Positions 41,263-49,175 of a DNA stretch of 64,000 bases are shown here, one piece after another. This stretch comes from an uncultured delta proteobacterium (GTDB lineage: Bacteria > Desulfobacterota > BSN033 > UBA1163): contig CAVPSJ010000001.1 of the NCBI GenBank assembly GCA_963708295.1, positions 1 through 64,000 of the forward strand, written 5' to 3'. The translations under genes and the position numbers were made by a program. The notes below the pieces were generated by a model. That model was given only the letters and a program-made list of their open reading frames with translations. It was not told the DNA's origin and searched no databases. The first letter of the stretch is position 1; the number at the start of each line of letters is the position of its first letter.

Positions 41263-41685
41263 GTGACATCGTTTAGGGCTACCCTGGCCGCCGCTATCGT
41301 CACCCTCTTCGTCTTCCTCGCTGGCCTGCAGAGTCCAGTTTGTGCGGAGCCACTGGAAAAGGCATTCCTGGGAACATGGGCGCCAAAGGGCTCTGAGGCA
41401 TGCAAGGCAGACCCTGTAGTCAAAGTGTTCCCAGACAAGATCATATTGCAGAATGGCGGAGACTCCGCCGAATTCGGCGATTTGGACGCATGCTACACAT
41501 GCGAAGGCGGCGCGAATTACAACGGGATAGTTGTTTGGGTCGTTCCCGAATTTAGCAAGAAATCCAATCCTTTCACCCTTTACTTCAATGCAAAGGAGAA
41601 CAAGGGCGTACTGGAGATCGAGTTTGCCGATGGGAGTCTTGCAAAGCGGTTTCCCTTGAAGTCGGTGCTCCGAAAATGCAAATAG
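41263..41685 (+). CDS. Gene cassette 1: secreted hypothetical protein
   Basis: RBS AAGGAG, GTG start, signal peptide, CYTC, ends in LRKCK; followed at once by attC. Confidence 0.8.
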   Translation: MTSFRATLAAAIVTLFVFLAGLQSPVCAEPLEKAFLGTWAPKGSEACKADPVVKVFPDKIILQNGGDSAEFGDLDACYTCEGGANYNGIVVWVVPEFSKKSNPFTLYFNAKENKGVLEIEFADGSLAKRFPLKSVLRKCK

Positions 41686-41687
41686 AC

Positions 41688-41753
41688 TGCGAACCCGAGC
41701 GTGGAGCGGATGGCTTTCAGCCACGCGCTCACGCTCAACGCCGGGCGTTGGCA
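41688..41753 (+). mobile_element. attC site 1
   Basis: TGCGAAC-ccgag-CGTGGAGCG..TGGCT-ttc-AGCCA..CGCTCACG...GTTGGCA, 66 bp. Confidence 0.85.
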
Positions 41754-41761
41754 TAGAAAAT

Positions 41762-42922
41762 ATGAAAAATAGAATTCTCTTTCTTGCACTATTGATCATC
41801 CTCTCAGCATTTCAATTTTCATGGGCTAACGGAGTGCCGGAGACAGAAGAAGATGAAGAATTTTCGCTGAAGTTTCTCGAAACACTGCGTCAAGAGAAAC
41901 CGGACCTATTTAGAATCGGCGATCTCTTGTCGAGAAAGTTCATTTGTGCACAGTATGCTGACGAATTTGGAGACCCAAATTGGGGCAATCGGATTCAATA
42001 TAACTTTGAATATCATTTCTCTTCAGGCTGGTGCATAGCAAAAGTAATTTTATCTGTTCGGAAACAGGAAGAGAGGTTGTTAGAATACAAGATTTATCGT
42101 ACCAGTAAATCTGTAAACAATTATCACTTCGTATTTTCAGGAGACGAGAAAATTACGCAGGGAACTCAGGGTTATCCAGGTAAATATTTTGTGAAAACAT
42201 ACGAAGATGGTGAGGTACGACGAGCAGAGATCCTTGATGAAATAGACACAAATATTGGGACATTGAGGGTTGTAAGAAAAGAATTTAGTTGTAAGGAAGG
42301 TCTTTCTGATGAGTCCGATTTGGTGCTAAATTATAAGGAAATATATGGGTACGGCGGCCGTATAAGGATATATGGAGCTTTTTACTTAGGTAATTCCCCC
42401 CATATCTTAATAGGGGTAAGTTGCAGTGGTACAGGTTGTCGCATTGATGATCTGATTTTATTAATAATAAATGCAAATGGAGAAGTAAAACAAATTGGGA
42501 CGAAGGATTTTTACAGCGAGGACAACTCAATAAAAGCTAACTTGAAGGGAAATGAGATTATAATCAATCTTGGTTTATACAAAGGAAAGGAAAAAACTGC
42601 TGTGTATCGTAATAACGAAATTAAGATTCTTTACAAAAAGCTGCCGTACAAACCATTAACAGAAGAACAATGTACTGATCTATACGAAATTGCAAAGGGG
42701 TGTATAAGGTTACGTGGAATAAGGGGGTTTACCTGCGAAAAACAAGCAGTCAGTTTTTCTGGATCGTCCAATGCAGACAAGTGGAATTTTCGCTACATAA
42801 ACAATGAACCCGGGTTTAAGCAAGAGTTATTCAATGCTGAATGTCTAAATGCGTGCAAAACGGGGGGCTTATCTGAGTACAATGCGTTTGCAGAACGTTT
42901 GTGTGGACGTAAAGCACCATAA
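41762..42922 (+). CDS. Gene cassette 2: AT-rich secreted hypothetical protein
   Basis: Signal peptide; CSGTGC motif; Cys-rich C-terminus; visibly lower GC than the chromosome; no RBS. Confidence 0.8.
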   Translation: MKNRILFLALLIILSAFQFSWANGVPETEEDEEFSLKFLETLRQEKPDLFRIGDLLSRKFICAQYADEFGDPNWGNRIQYNFEYHFSSGWCIAKVILSVRKQEERLLEYKIYRTSKSVNNYHFVFSGDEKITQGTQGYPGKYFVKTYEDGEVRRAEILDEIDTNIGTLRVVRKEFSCKEGLSDESDLVLNYKEIYGYGGRIRIYGAFYLGNSPHILIGVSCSGTGCRIDDLILLIINANGEVKQIGTKDFYSEDNSIKANLKGNEIIINLGLYKGKEKTAVYRNNEIKILYKKLPYKPLTEEQCTDLYEIAKGCIRLRGIRGFTCEKQAVSFSGSSNADKWNFRYINNEPGFKQELFNAECLNACKTGGLSEYNAFAERLCGRKAP

Positions 42923-43010
42923 TGCCAACAAGTCAATGAAGGCGACGGGTGATAGCCCCGTCGCCTTTTGCGAGGGTGGTTGGCCCCGCGCCTTATTTCC
43001 ATCGTTAACC
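42923..43010 (+). mobile_element. attC site 2
   Basis: TGCCAAC-aagtc-AATGAAGGCG...CGCCTTATT-tccatc-GTTAACC, 88 bp, directly after the stop codon. Confidence 0.88.
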
Positions 43011-43027
43011 GGACAGAAAAGTTCGCG

Positions 43028-43456
43028 ATGAAGAGAGATCAATTCAAGTTTTTCTACGGCTTGCGCGTCAGGTATGCAGAAGTGGATAGCCAGGGCATTG
43101 TCTTTAACGCGCATTATCTCACCTATTTTGATACGTCTATTACTGAATATATGAGAAGTATTCATTATGACTATCATGCCCTCGTCTCGGAAAGAGGGCT
43201 CGATTTTCACCTCGTCAAATCAACGGTTGAGTATCTGAAGCCCATTGGTTTTGACGAAATCATTGAGATTGGCGTTACGGCCCACAGAGTCGGGAAATCA
43301 AGCGTGACTTGGGTGCTTGGGATCTTCAAAAGAGGAGAGTCGGATTGCCTGGCAAAAGGAGAGATTGTCTGGGTATGCTCCCGGGTGGGTACGAGCAGGT
43401 CACATCCTTTGCCTGAAGACCTTGTAAAATTGTTGTCTGAGCAGCAAAAGCCCTGA
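43028..43456 (+). CDS. Gene cassette 3: YbgC/4HBT-family acyl-CoA thioesterase
   Basis: RVRYAEVDSQGIVFNAHYLTYFD; start moved to MKRDQF. Confidence 0.88.
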   Translation: MKRDQFKFFYGLRVRYAEVDSQGIVFNAHYLTYFDTSITEYMRSIHYDYHALVSERGLDFHLVKSTVEYLKPIGFDEIIEIGVTAHRVGKSSVTWVLGIFKRGESDCLAKGEIVWVCSRVGTSRSHPLPEDLVKLLSEQQKP

Positions 43457-43477
43457 AGGACTTCCTAACCTGCCAAC

Positions 43478-44203
43478 ATGTCTCAGATTCAACTGATCTT
43501 TGAGAGGCAGTGGCTTCATGCGTCGCTGCTCGCTACCTTTCTCGTTGGACTGGCGTGGGTCGGACGGATCGATGCCGTCCGGGTTGGACAGCTTTGGGGA
43601 GCCAGCACGAAGGGGTGGTTTTGGCTCGCCGTGGCACTGCCCGTAGCGCATCAGGTATGCGTCTGGGTTTGCTGGCGGGGTCAGCTTTATGCATCGTTAC
43701 TCACGCGAATGTTCGGGAGTCGCGGATTTGGCGTGTATGCCGCAGGGTTCGCAATCCTCGGCATCGCGAGGGTGGTTGCCGTTTTCATACTGGCCATATC
43801 CAATCGAGATACGCTCCATGTGGATCTGAAGGTCCTTCGGGTCGCAGCCGTGATCGTGGCGATTCCGGCCGTATACCTCTTCTACTCCGTCAAGCGTTAT
43901 TTCGGCTTCAAGCGTGCCTTCGGCATCGACCATTTCGACAAGTCTTATCGGTCTCTCCCATTTGTCAGGAAGGGGATCTTTGGGTTCACACGGAACGGGA
44001 TGTACGTCTTCGGGTTTTTTCTTCTTTGGGTTCCGGGATTGTGGTTCGCGTCGGCAGCGGCGCTTATCGTAGCCCTCTTCAATCATCTGTATATTTGGGT
44101 CCACTTTTACTCGACAGAACTCCCTGACATGAAGCGCATATACGGAGAAACCCGGGTGACCCCAAGCGGGGAGGCTCGGCTCATCGGCAGAGCAGAGGAT
44201 TGA
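43478..44203 (+). CDS. Gene cassette 4: PEMT/isoprenylcysteine methyltransferase-like membrane protein
   Basis: Multi-TM; FGFKRAFGIDHF, FVRKGIFGFTRNGMY, TE.P.M..IY. Confidence 0.75.
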   Translation: MSQIQLIFERQWLHASLLATFLVGLAWVGRIDAVRVGQLWGASTKGWFWLAVALPVAHQVCVWVCWRGQLYASLLTRMFGSRGFGVYAAGFAILGIARVVAVFILAISNRDTLHVDLKVLRVAAVIVAIPAVYLFYSVKRYFGFKRAFGIDHFDKSYRSLPFVRKGIFGFTRNGMYVFGFFLLWVPGLWFASAAALIVALFNHLYIWVHFYSTELPDMKRIYGETRVTPSGEARLIGRAED

Positions 44204-44213
44204 AATACTTAAT

Positions 44214-44300
44214 GTCTGACAACCGGGTCGTGTGCCGTGAGAAGTCATTGATTCGCTAACCGGTGCAAGTCCGGTCATGGTAACTGCCAGGGGGCCATAA
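44214..44300 (+). mobile_element. Interrupted attC start followed by a group II intron 5' fragment
   Basis: GTCTGAC-aaccgggtc then GTGTGCCGTGAGAAG...ACCGGT-GCAA-GTCCGGT (GUGYG start, domain I GNRA hairpin); no RT ORF follows. Confidence 0.5.
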
Positions 44301-44346
44301 CGTCTCCCCATCCCCCTACCTCCCCATCTCCTTAATCAATTCGAGA

Positions 44347-45128
44347 TCAGTGCGTGTGAGCGAACAGGCGAGGGCGTTGAGTTGTTTCAGGTCGCTCCTC
44401 GGGTTTGATGTCTCCCCGGATACCGATCTTTACTTTCTTTAGAGGGATATTCTTACCTGAGGCTGCAATTGCATCCTCCGTGGCCTTGACCAAGCCAAAG
44501 CAGCAGGGGACTTCCATATAGGGAAGCGTAATGCTTTTGATGGAATTTGTCTTGAAGATCTCGGTCAATTTTTCCTTGTAGTACTGAACATCATCCAGCT
44601 TTGGACAGCCCACCACCACGGCTTTCCCTTTCATAAAATCTCGATGGAAATCGGGATACGCAAATGGGACGCAATCCGCGGCGATCAGAAGGTCTGCATC
44701 CTGAAAATAGGGAGCATTGACCGGAACTAACTTCAACTGGACAGGCCAATGAGAGAGCTGGGAGACAGCGGGCGTCACAGAGGCGGATTCAGATTCGGCC
44801 TCTGGAACCTTAAATTGTATTGCCCTCGAAGAAGGACATCCGGTGAAAACAGGTCAGGTTGGGGTTGGTAGGTTCAGCTTCCTGTTCTCTTATGAAGATG
44901 AACCTCGACAGCTTTTTCGTCGAATTCTTCAGCCTCTCTTTCAATGACGGTAATGGCATCTTCCGGACAATGACCAAGACAGGCGCCCAGGCCATCGCAG
45001 AACTTCTCGCTCATCAATTTTGCTTTTCCATCGACGATCTGAAGGGCTCCTTCAGCGCAGTTGGGAATGCAGAGACCACAACCATTACATTTCTCCTCAT
45101 CAATCTTCACAATCTTTCTCGTTGCCAT
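44347..45128 (-). CDS. 4Fe-4S dicluster protein (hcp-associated type), frameshifted
   Basis: CNGCGLCIPNC, CDGLGACLGHCP, GCPSS, WPVQLKLV, AADC, GCPKLD, MEVPCC. Confidence 0.85.
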
Positions 45129-45184
45129 GGTTTTACCTCCTGTCGTTATTTTAATTATAAAATAACTCGCTCTTAAACCTTTTT

Positions 45185-45204
45185 CCTTGATCTAAGTCAA
45201 AAGG
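45185..45204. promoter_or_regulatory. Crp/Fnr-type (HcpR-like) operator
   Basis: TTGA-TCTAAG-TCAA palindrome upstream of the 4Fe-4S gene. Confidence 0.6.
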
Positions 45205-45320
45205 AGGAAAAAATTTATAACCTTTTGAAATTATGTGAGATTGTCTGTGTCGAAAGGAGTCTGGGATTGAGTAATCTTAGATTTGAACGCATATCTGATT
45301 CACGCCTTAGGAATTAATGC

Positions 45321-45349
45321 TTGACATCATGACATCATGATGTTAAATT
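45321..45349 (+). promoter_or_regulatory. Promoter/operator of the vapBC-like operon
   Basis: TTGACA-17-TAAATT, with GACATCAT direct repeats and palindrome ACATCATGATGT in the spacer. Confidence 0.75.
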
Positions 45350-45381
45350 TAGAAGCAAAGTAGAGACAGGAGGCTTTTATC

Positions 45382-45633
45382 ATGAAAAGAGCTCAAATTC
45401 AAATAGATGAAGAAGTGTATGAACTGCTAAGAAATCGGGCTTTCAAGGAGAAGAAATCGATTGCAGGGGTGATTCGCGAGATTGTAAAAAAAGATATTTC
45501 CCAATCTGATCGCCATCCATCTTCTTCGATTAAGGATTTTACGTTTATTGGCACGGGTCGTTCAAAGCAGCGTCCTCTTAAACCGGTATCAGAACGTCAC
45601 GACGAAGCTCTTGAGGAGGTCTTTAACAAGTGA
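45382..45633 (+). CDS. vapB: RHH/CopG-like antitoxin
   Basis: MKRAQIQIDEEVYELL..SIAGVIREIV..SERHDE; overlaps the PIN gene. Confidence 0.8.
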   Translation: MKRAQIQIDEEVYELLRNRAFKEKKSIAGVIREIVKKDISQSDRHPSSSIKDFTFIGTGRSKQRPLKPVSERHDEALEEVFNK

Positions 45634-46019
45634 TCTTTTTGGACACCTCGGCGATTTATGCATTAGCTGATAAGGCAGATACTAACCACATGACTGCGTA
45701 CGATAAATTCGAAGTCGCCTTGAGGTCTGGAGAGACCTTTCTCGTGCATAACTATATCTTGCTGGAGAGTGCTGCTCTCTTACAGGCAAGGTTGGGACTT
45801 CCCTCGGCCATTCTATTCCTAAAGGATGCCAAATCGTTTGAGGTGGAATGGGTTGATCTGGACTTGCACGAAGAGGCAGCAAAAGAACTCGAAAGGATTG
45901 GGAAGAGGGCGATCAGTTTAGTGGATTGCACGAGTTTTCTCGTAATGAGACGAAAAGGTGTTCAAGAGGTCTTGGCCTTTGATCCAGATTTTCATGATCA
46001 AGGATTTACGATTTATTGA
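45630..46019 (+). CDS. vapC: PIN-domain toxin
   Basis: IFLDTSA, ILLES, ISLVDCTSF, AFDPDF. Confidence 0.9.
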   Translation: MIFLDTSAIYALADKADTNHMTAYDKFEVALRSGETFLVHNYILLESAALLQARLGLPSAILFLKDAKSFEVEWVDLDLHEEAAKELERIGKRAISLVDCTSFLVMRRKGVQEVLAFDPDFHDQGFTIY

Positions 46020-46024
46020 TTTAG

Positions 46025-46239
46025 TCATTTCCTATCTCTTTAATTCTATATCGTCCCTCCAACGGAACCTCATGGGTCCCTACTGTACTCCTGAAGACGA
46101 TTTTTCTTTGCCCTCATCTAGGCCCCCTTATCACGTTGAGGGTGGCATATTCTCTTGAATGAAGAGGTTCGATGGCGGTCACCTTATAAGTTGGGGGATG
46201 ATCCTCCTCGGCGTTTACCTGGCTACACGAAAAGGTTGA
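46025..46239 (+). pseudogene. Possible decayed DMT/EamA transporter 3' end
   Basis: Terminal frame reads GHLISWGMILLGVYLATRKG*; upstream frames are broken. Confidence 0.35.
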
Positions 46240-46366
46240 TTTCACTCTATCCAATTTCCTCCCGTCAGAGAGGAGGTTTCAAGTGAGATAAAAATCTTGA
46301 CATCTAAATTGATTAATGATATCAAATGCCGCTGTAAAGACCGTTTTGAAAAGGAGGGCAACGATC

Positions 46367-46573
46367 TTGGCAGCAAAAGGTGTTGTGAAGTGGTTTGACA
46401 CAAAGAAGGGATATGGGTTCATCGAGCAAACCGGCGGAGACGATGTGTTTGTCCACTTTTCAGGGATTGCGGGGGATGGGTTTAAATCTCTTCGTGCAGG
46501 AGAGGAGGTAGAGTTCGAGGTTGCCAGCGGCCCGAAAGGGCCCCAGGCGACCCATGTCATCAAGGCGACATAA
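46367..46573 (+). CDS. cspA: Cold-shock protein
   Basis: [31 protein letters not shown]; RBS AAGGAGG before TTG. Confidence 0.92.
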   Translation: MAAKGVVKWFDTKKGYGFIEQTGGDDVFVHFSGIAGDGFKSLRAGEEVEFEVASGPKGPQATHVIKAT

Positions 46574-46872
46574 AGCGCAAAGCGCAGAGAGCATAGCGCC
46601 TGCCTACAGCAGGCAGGCATAGTCTAGAATTCAAAGCGTGAATCCAAGTATTCTTAGTCATCAGGTTTAGGTGATTAAGTCATTGGATGTTTTAACGACA
46701 CGGTTGTGTTCTCCTATTTCTGCTTCTCAATGACCTCCCTTCGGGTTTCCTCAAAGCTTCTGCGACGATCGGGGTAAGAAGACCTTCGACCGGAATCCCA
46801 TTCTTTTCCGACTACAAAAAGCAGTCCATCTCCACTTCCAAGAGGTACAAAATGTATTCAATGCCGTTTCCT

Positions 46873-47020
46873 TGTCATTGCGAGCGATCCCGCCTTCACG
46901 TGAGACCGTGGCAATCCCGCTTCACAAATACGAGATTGCGGAGCCTGTTCCGAACAAAGTGAGGAATCTCCGGGTTTGTCATGGCTTCGCCTCGCAACCA
47001 TTTCATTTCTCGCAAGGATA
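46873..47020. repeat. REP-like palindrome with nested insertions
   Basis: TGTCATTGCGAGCGATCCCGCC...GGCAATCCC...GAGATTGC...CTCGCAAGGA. Confidence 0.7.
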
Positions 47021-47165
47021 GTTTATTTATCAGGTTTGTATGGGTTCACGAAATGAGAGAGATCATCAAGATGAGAATTGGGGCCCATGGTGATTCCGTC
47101 ATCTGTCTAGGGTTGACATTAGGAAGGCTGGTTCATTAAATTTGAGGGTAGGAAAGTAAGAGAGA

Positions 47166-48926
47166 ATGAGGGCGTTCAAAACTCTTCAAAATGATTTTAT
47201 TGAGAACCGATGGCGGGTTTCGATTGGGCTCATCGCTCTCCTTATCGTTGATGTCCTTCAGCTCTTCATCCCGCGGGTCGTCAAATACGCAATCGATGAC
47301 CTCACCCTGGGTACCGTTTCTCATTCTCGCCTTCTGGTCTATGGATTGGAAGTCCTTCTCCTGGCCGTGGGTATCGGAACTCTTCGATATGTTTGGAGGT
47401 ACTTTCTTCTGGGCGCGGCGCGGCGGATCGAAAAGGCGCTCAGGGACCGCCTCTTTATTCACCTTCAAACCCTCTCCCTTTCCTATTTCTCCCGCACCCG
47501 AGTAGGAGACCTGATGGCTCATGCCACCAACGATATCGAGGCCGTTCGGATGGCCATGTCGATGGGAGTCGTGTTCTTAGTGGATACGATCATCCTTGGA
47601 ATCCTGACGATTTGTTTTATGGTTTATATCCACCCCAAATTGACGCTTTTCGCCATTCTTCCCATGCCCTTGATTACGCTGATCACCCTTCTCTTCAGCC
47701 GAACGGTCCACCACCGGTTTGAAATGGTTCAGAAGGCCTTCGCCTCACTGACCGAAAGGGTGAGGGAGGCCGTTGCGGGTATCCGGGTGATCAAAGCCTA
47801 TGTTTTGGAGGAGAGGGAAGAGAAGAAGGTCTCTCAACTGAGCCGGGATTATATTCAAAGGAATTTGAATATCGTCAAAGTATGGGGAATGTATTTTCCC
47901 GTCATCCTTTTTCTCTCCAATCTCTCCATGGCGATCGTCCTCTATTGGGGCGGAAAGTTGACAGTCCTTGAATCGATCTCACCGGGAGATTTCGTGGCTT
48001 TTATGAGCTATCTGGGGCTGCTTACGTGGCCCATGATGGCCTTGGGCTGGGCAGTCAATATGATCCAACGGGGCGCCGCTTCCATGGACCGTCTCAACCG
48101 GATCTTTGGAGAAACCCCGGAAATCCTCGACGTTCCCGCACGGGGGCAGCGGGCATTGAAGGGAAGAATTGACATAGAGGATCTCACCTTTTCCGCCGGG
48201 AATGGAGAGAAGCCCCTGCTCAGAAACATTACCCTCAACATCGACGAGGGGGAGAGGGTCGTTATCGTTGGCAGGACGGGATCCGGAAAGACCATCCTCT
48301 GCAATCTGGTGGCAAGAATTTTGGAATCTCCCAAAGGTCATCTGTTTTTCGATGGGGTTGAAATTCATGACATCTCCCTGGAAGTGTTGAGGAAATCGAT
48401 TGGATATGTGCCGCAGGACACCTTCCTCTTCTCAAATCCCATCCGGGAGAACATCGCCTTTGGGAGAATGGACGCCACGGAGAAAGAGATTGAAGAGGCG
48501 GCGCGGCTTGCACAAATTTACGATGAAATCATGGATTTTCCAGAAGGGATGAATACCGTGATCGGAGAAAGAGGGATCACTTTATCCGGGGGGCAGCGGC
48601 AGAGGATCGCGATTGCCCGTGCGATTCTCATGGATCCACCCATCTTCATCCTGGATGATGCCCTCTCCTCAATGGATATTCAGACGGAAGAACGGGTTCT
48701 CGAGGGATTGGAGAAGTATCTTCGGGGGAAGACGAGCATCCTGATCACCCACCGAATCGCCCCCCTTCGGAGAGCAGATCGGATCGTCGTTCTGGACGAC
48801 GGACAGGTGGCGGAGGTAGGGGACCACAAGAGCCTTCTCGCCAGAGGCGGAATTTATACCGACCTCTATTGGCAGAGCCAATTGGAGGAAGAACTGGAAA
48901 GAAATCATACCGGAATGGTGGAATGA
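47166..48926 (+). CDS. ABC exporter, permease/ATP-binding subunit (MdlA/YheI-like)
   Basis: TM domain, GRTGSGKT, LSGGQRQR, LDDALS. Confidence 0.93.
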   Translation: MRAFKTLQNDFIENRWRVSIGLIALLIVDVLQLFIPRVVKYAIDDLTLGTVSHSRLLVYGLEVLLLAVGIGTLRYVWRYFLLGAARRIEKALRDRLFIHLQTLSLSYFSRTRVGDLMAHATNDIEAVRMAMSMGVVFLVDTIILGILTICFMVYIHPKLTLFAILPMPLITLITLLFSRTVHHRFEMVQKAFASLTERVREAVAGIRVIKAYVLEEREEKKVSQLSRDYIQRNLNIVKVWGMYFPVILFLSNLSMAIVLYWGGKLTVLESISPGDFVAFMSYLGLLTWPMMALGWAVNMIQRGAASMDRLNRIFGETPEILDVPARGQRALKGRIDIEDLTFSAGNGEKPLLRNITLNIDEGERVVIVGRTGSGKTILCNLVARILESPKGHLFFDGVEIHDISLEVLRKSIGYVPQDTFLFSNPIRENIAFGRMDATEKEIEEAARLAQIYDEIMDFPEGMNTVIGERGITLSGGQRQRIAIARAILMDPPIFILDDALSSMDIQTEERVLEGLEKYLRGKTSILITHRIAPLRRADRIVVLDDGQVAEVGDHKSLLARGGIYTDLYWQSQLEEELERNHTGMVE

Positions 48927-49108
48927 TGGAATAGTGGAGTGATGGATAAATTCTAAAATCCGAAGCACGAAATCCGAAACAAGCACGAATGTTGAAAATT
49001 CCGAATGACCTAAACGAGAAAGTTCCTAATTTTAAGCTTTGGATTTAGGATTTGTTTCGAGTTGGTCCGAAACGGACGCTTCGCCCGATATTCGGATTTC
49101 GGATTTAG
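48911..49108. repeat. Octamer repeat (GGAATGAT-type) plus heptamer inverted element with 22-nt insert
   Basis: GGAATGGT-GGAATGAT-GGAATAGT-GGAGTGAT, then AAATCCGAAGCACGAAATCCGAAACAA...[insert]CGATATTCGGATTTCGGATTT. Confidence 0.8.
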
Positions 49109-49175
49109 CAATGTCATGAATAACGAGTGCCATGTTAAAGGTCATTTAAATCCGGCGGATAGTTTGAGCTGAACG

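Noticed and set aside
40781-46019. Prophage or defence island
   Set aside because: No phage structural, replication or known defence genes; the integron and a stand-alone vapBC pair explain the region
46700-46865. Minus-strand coding-like fragment (IEYILYLLEVEMDCFL*SEKNGIPVEG...)
   Set aside because: Internal stop, no start and no recognisable family
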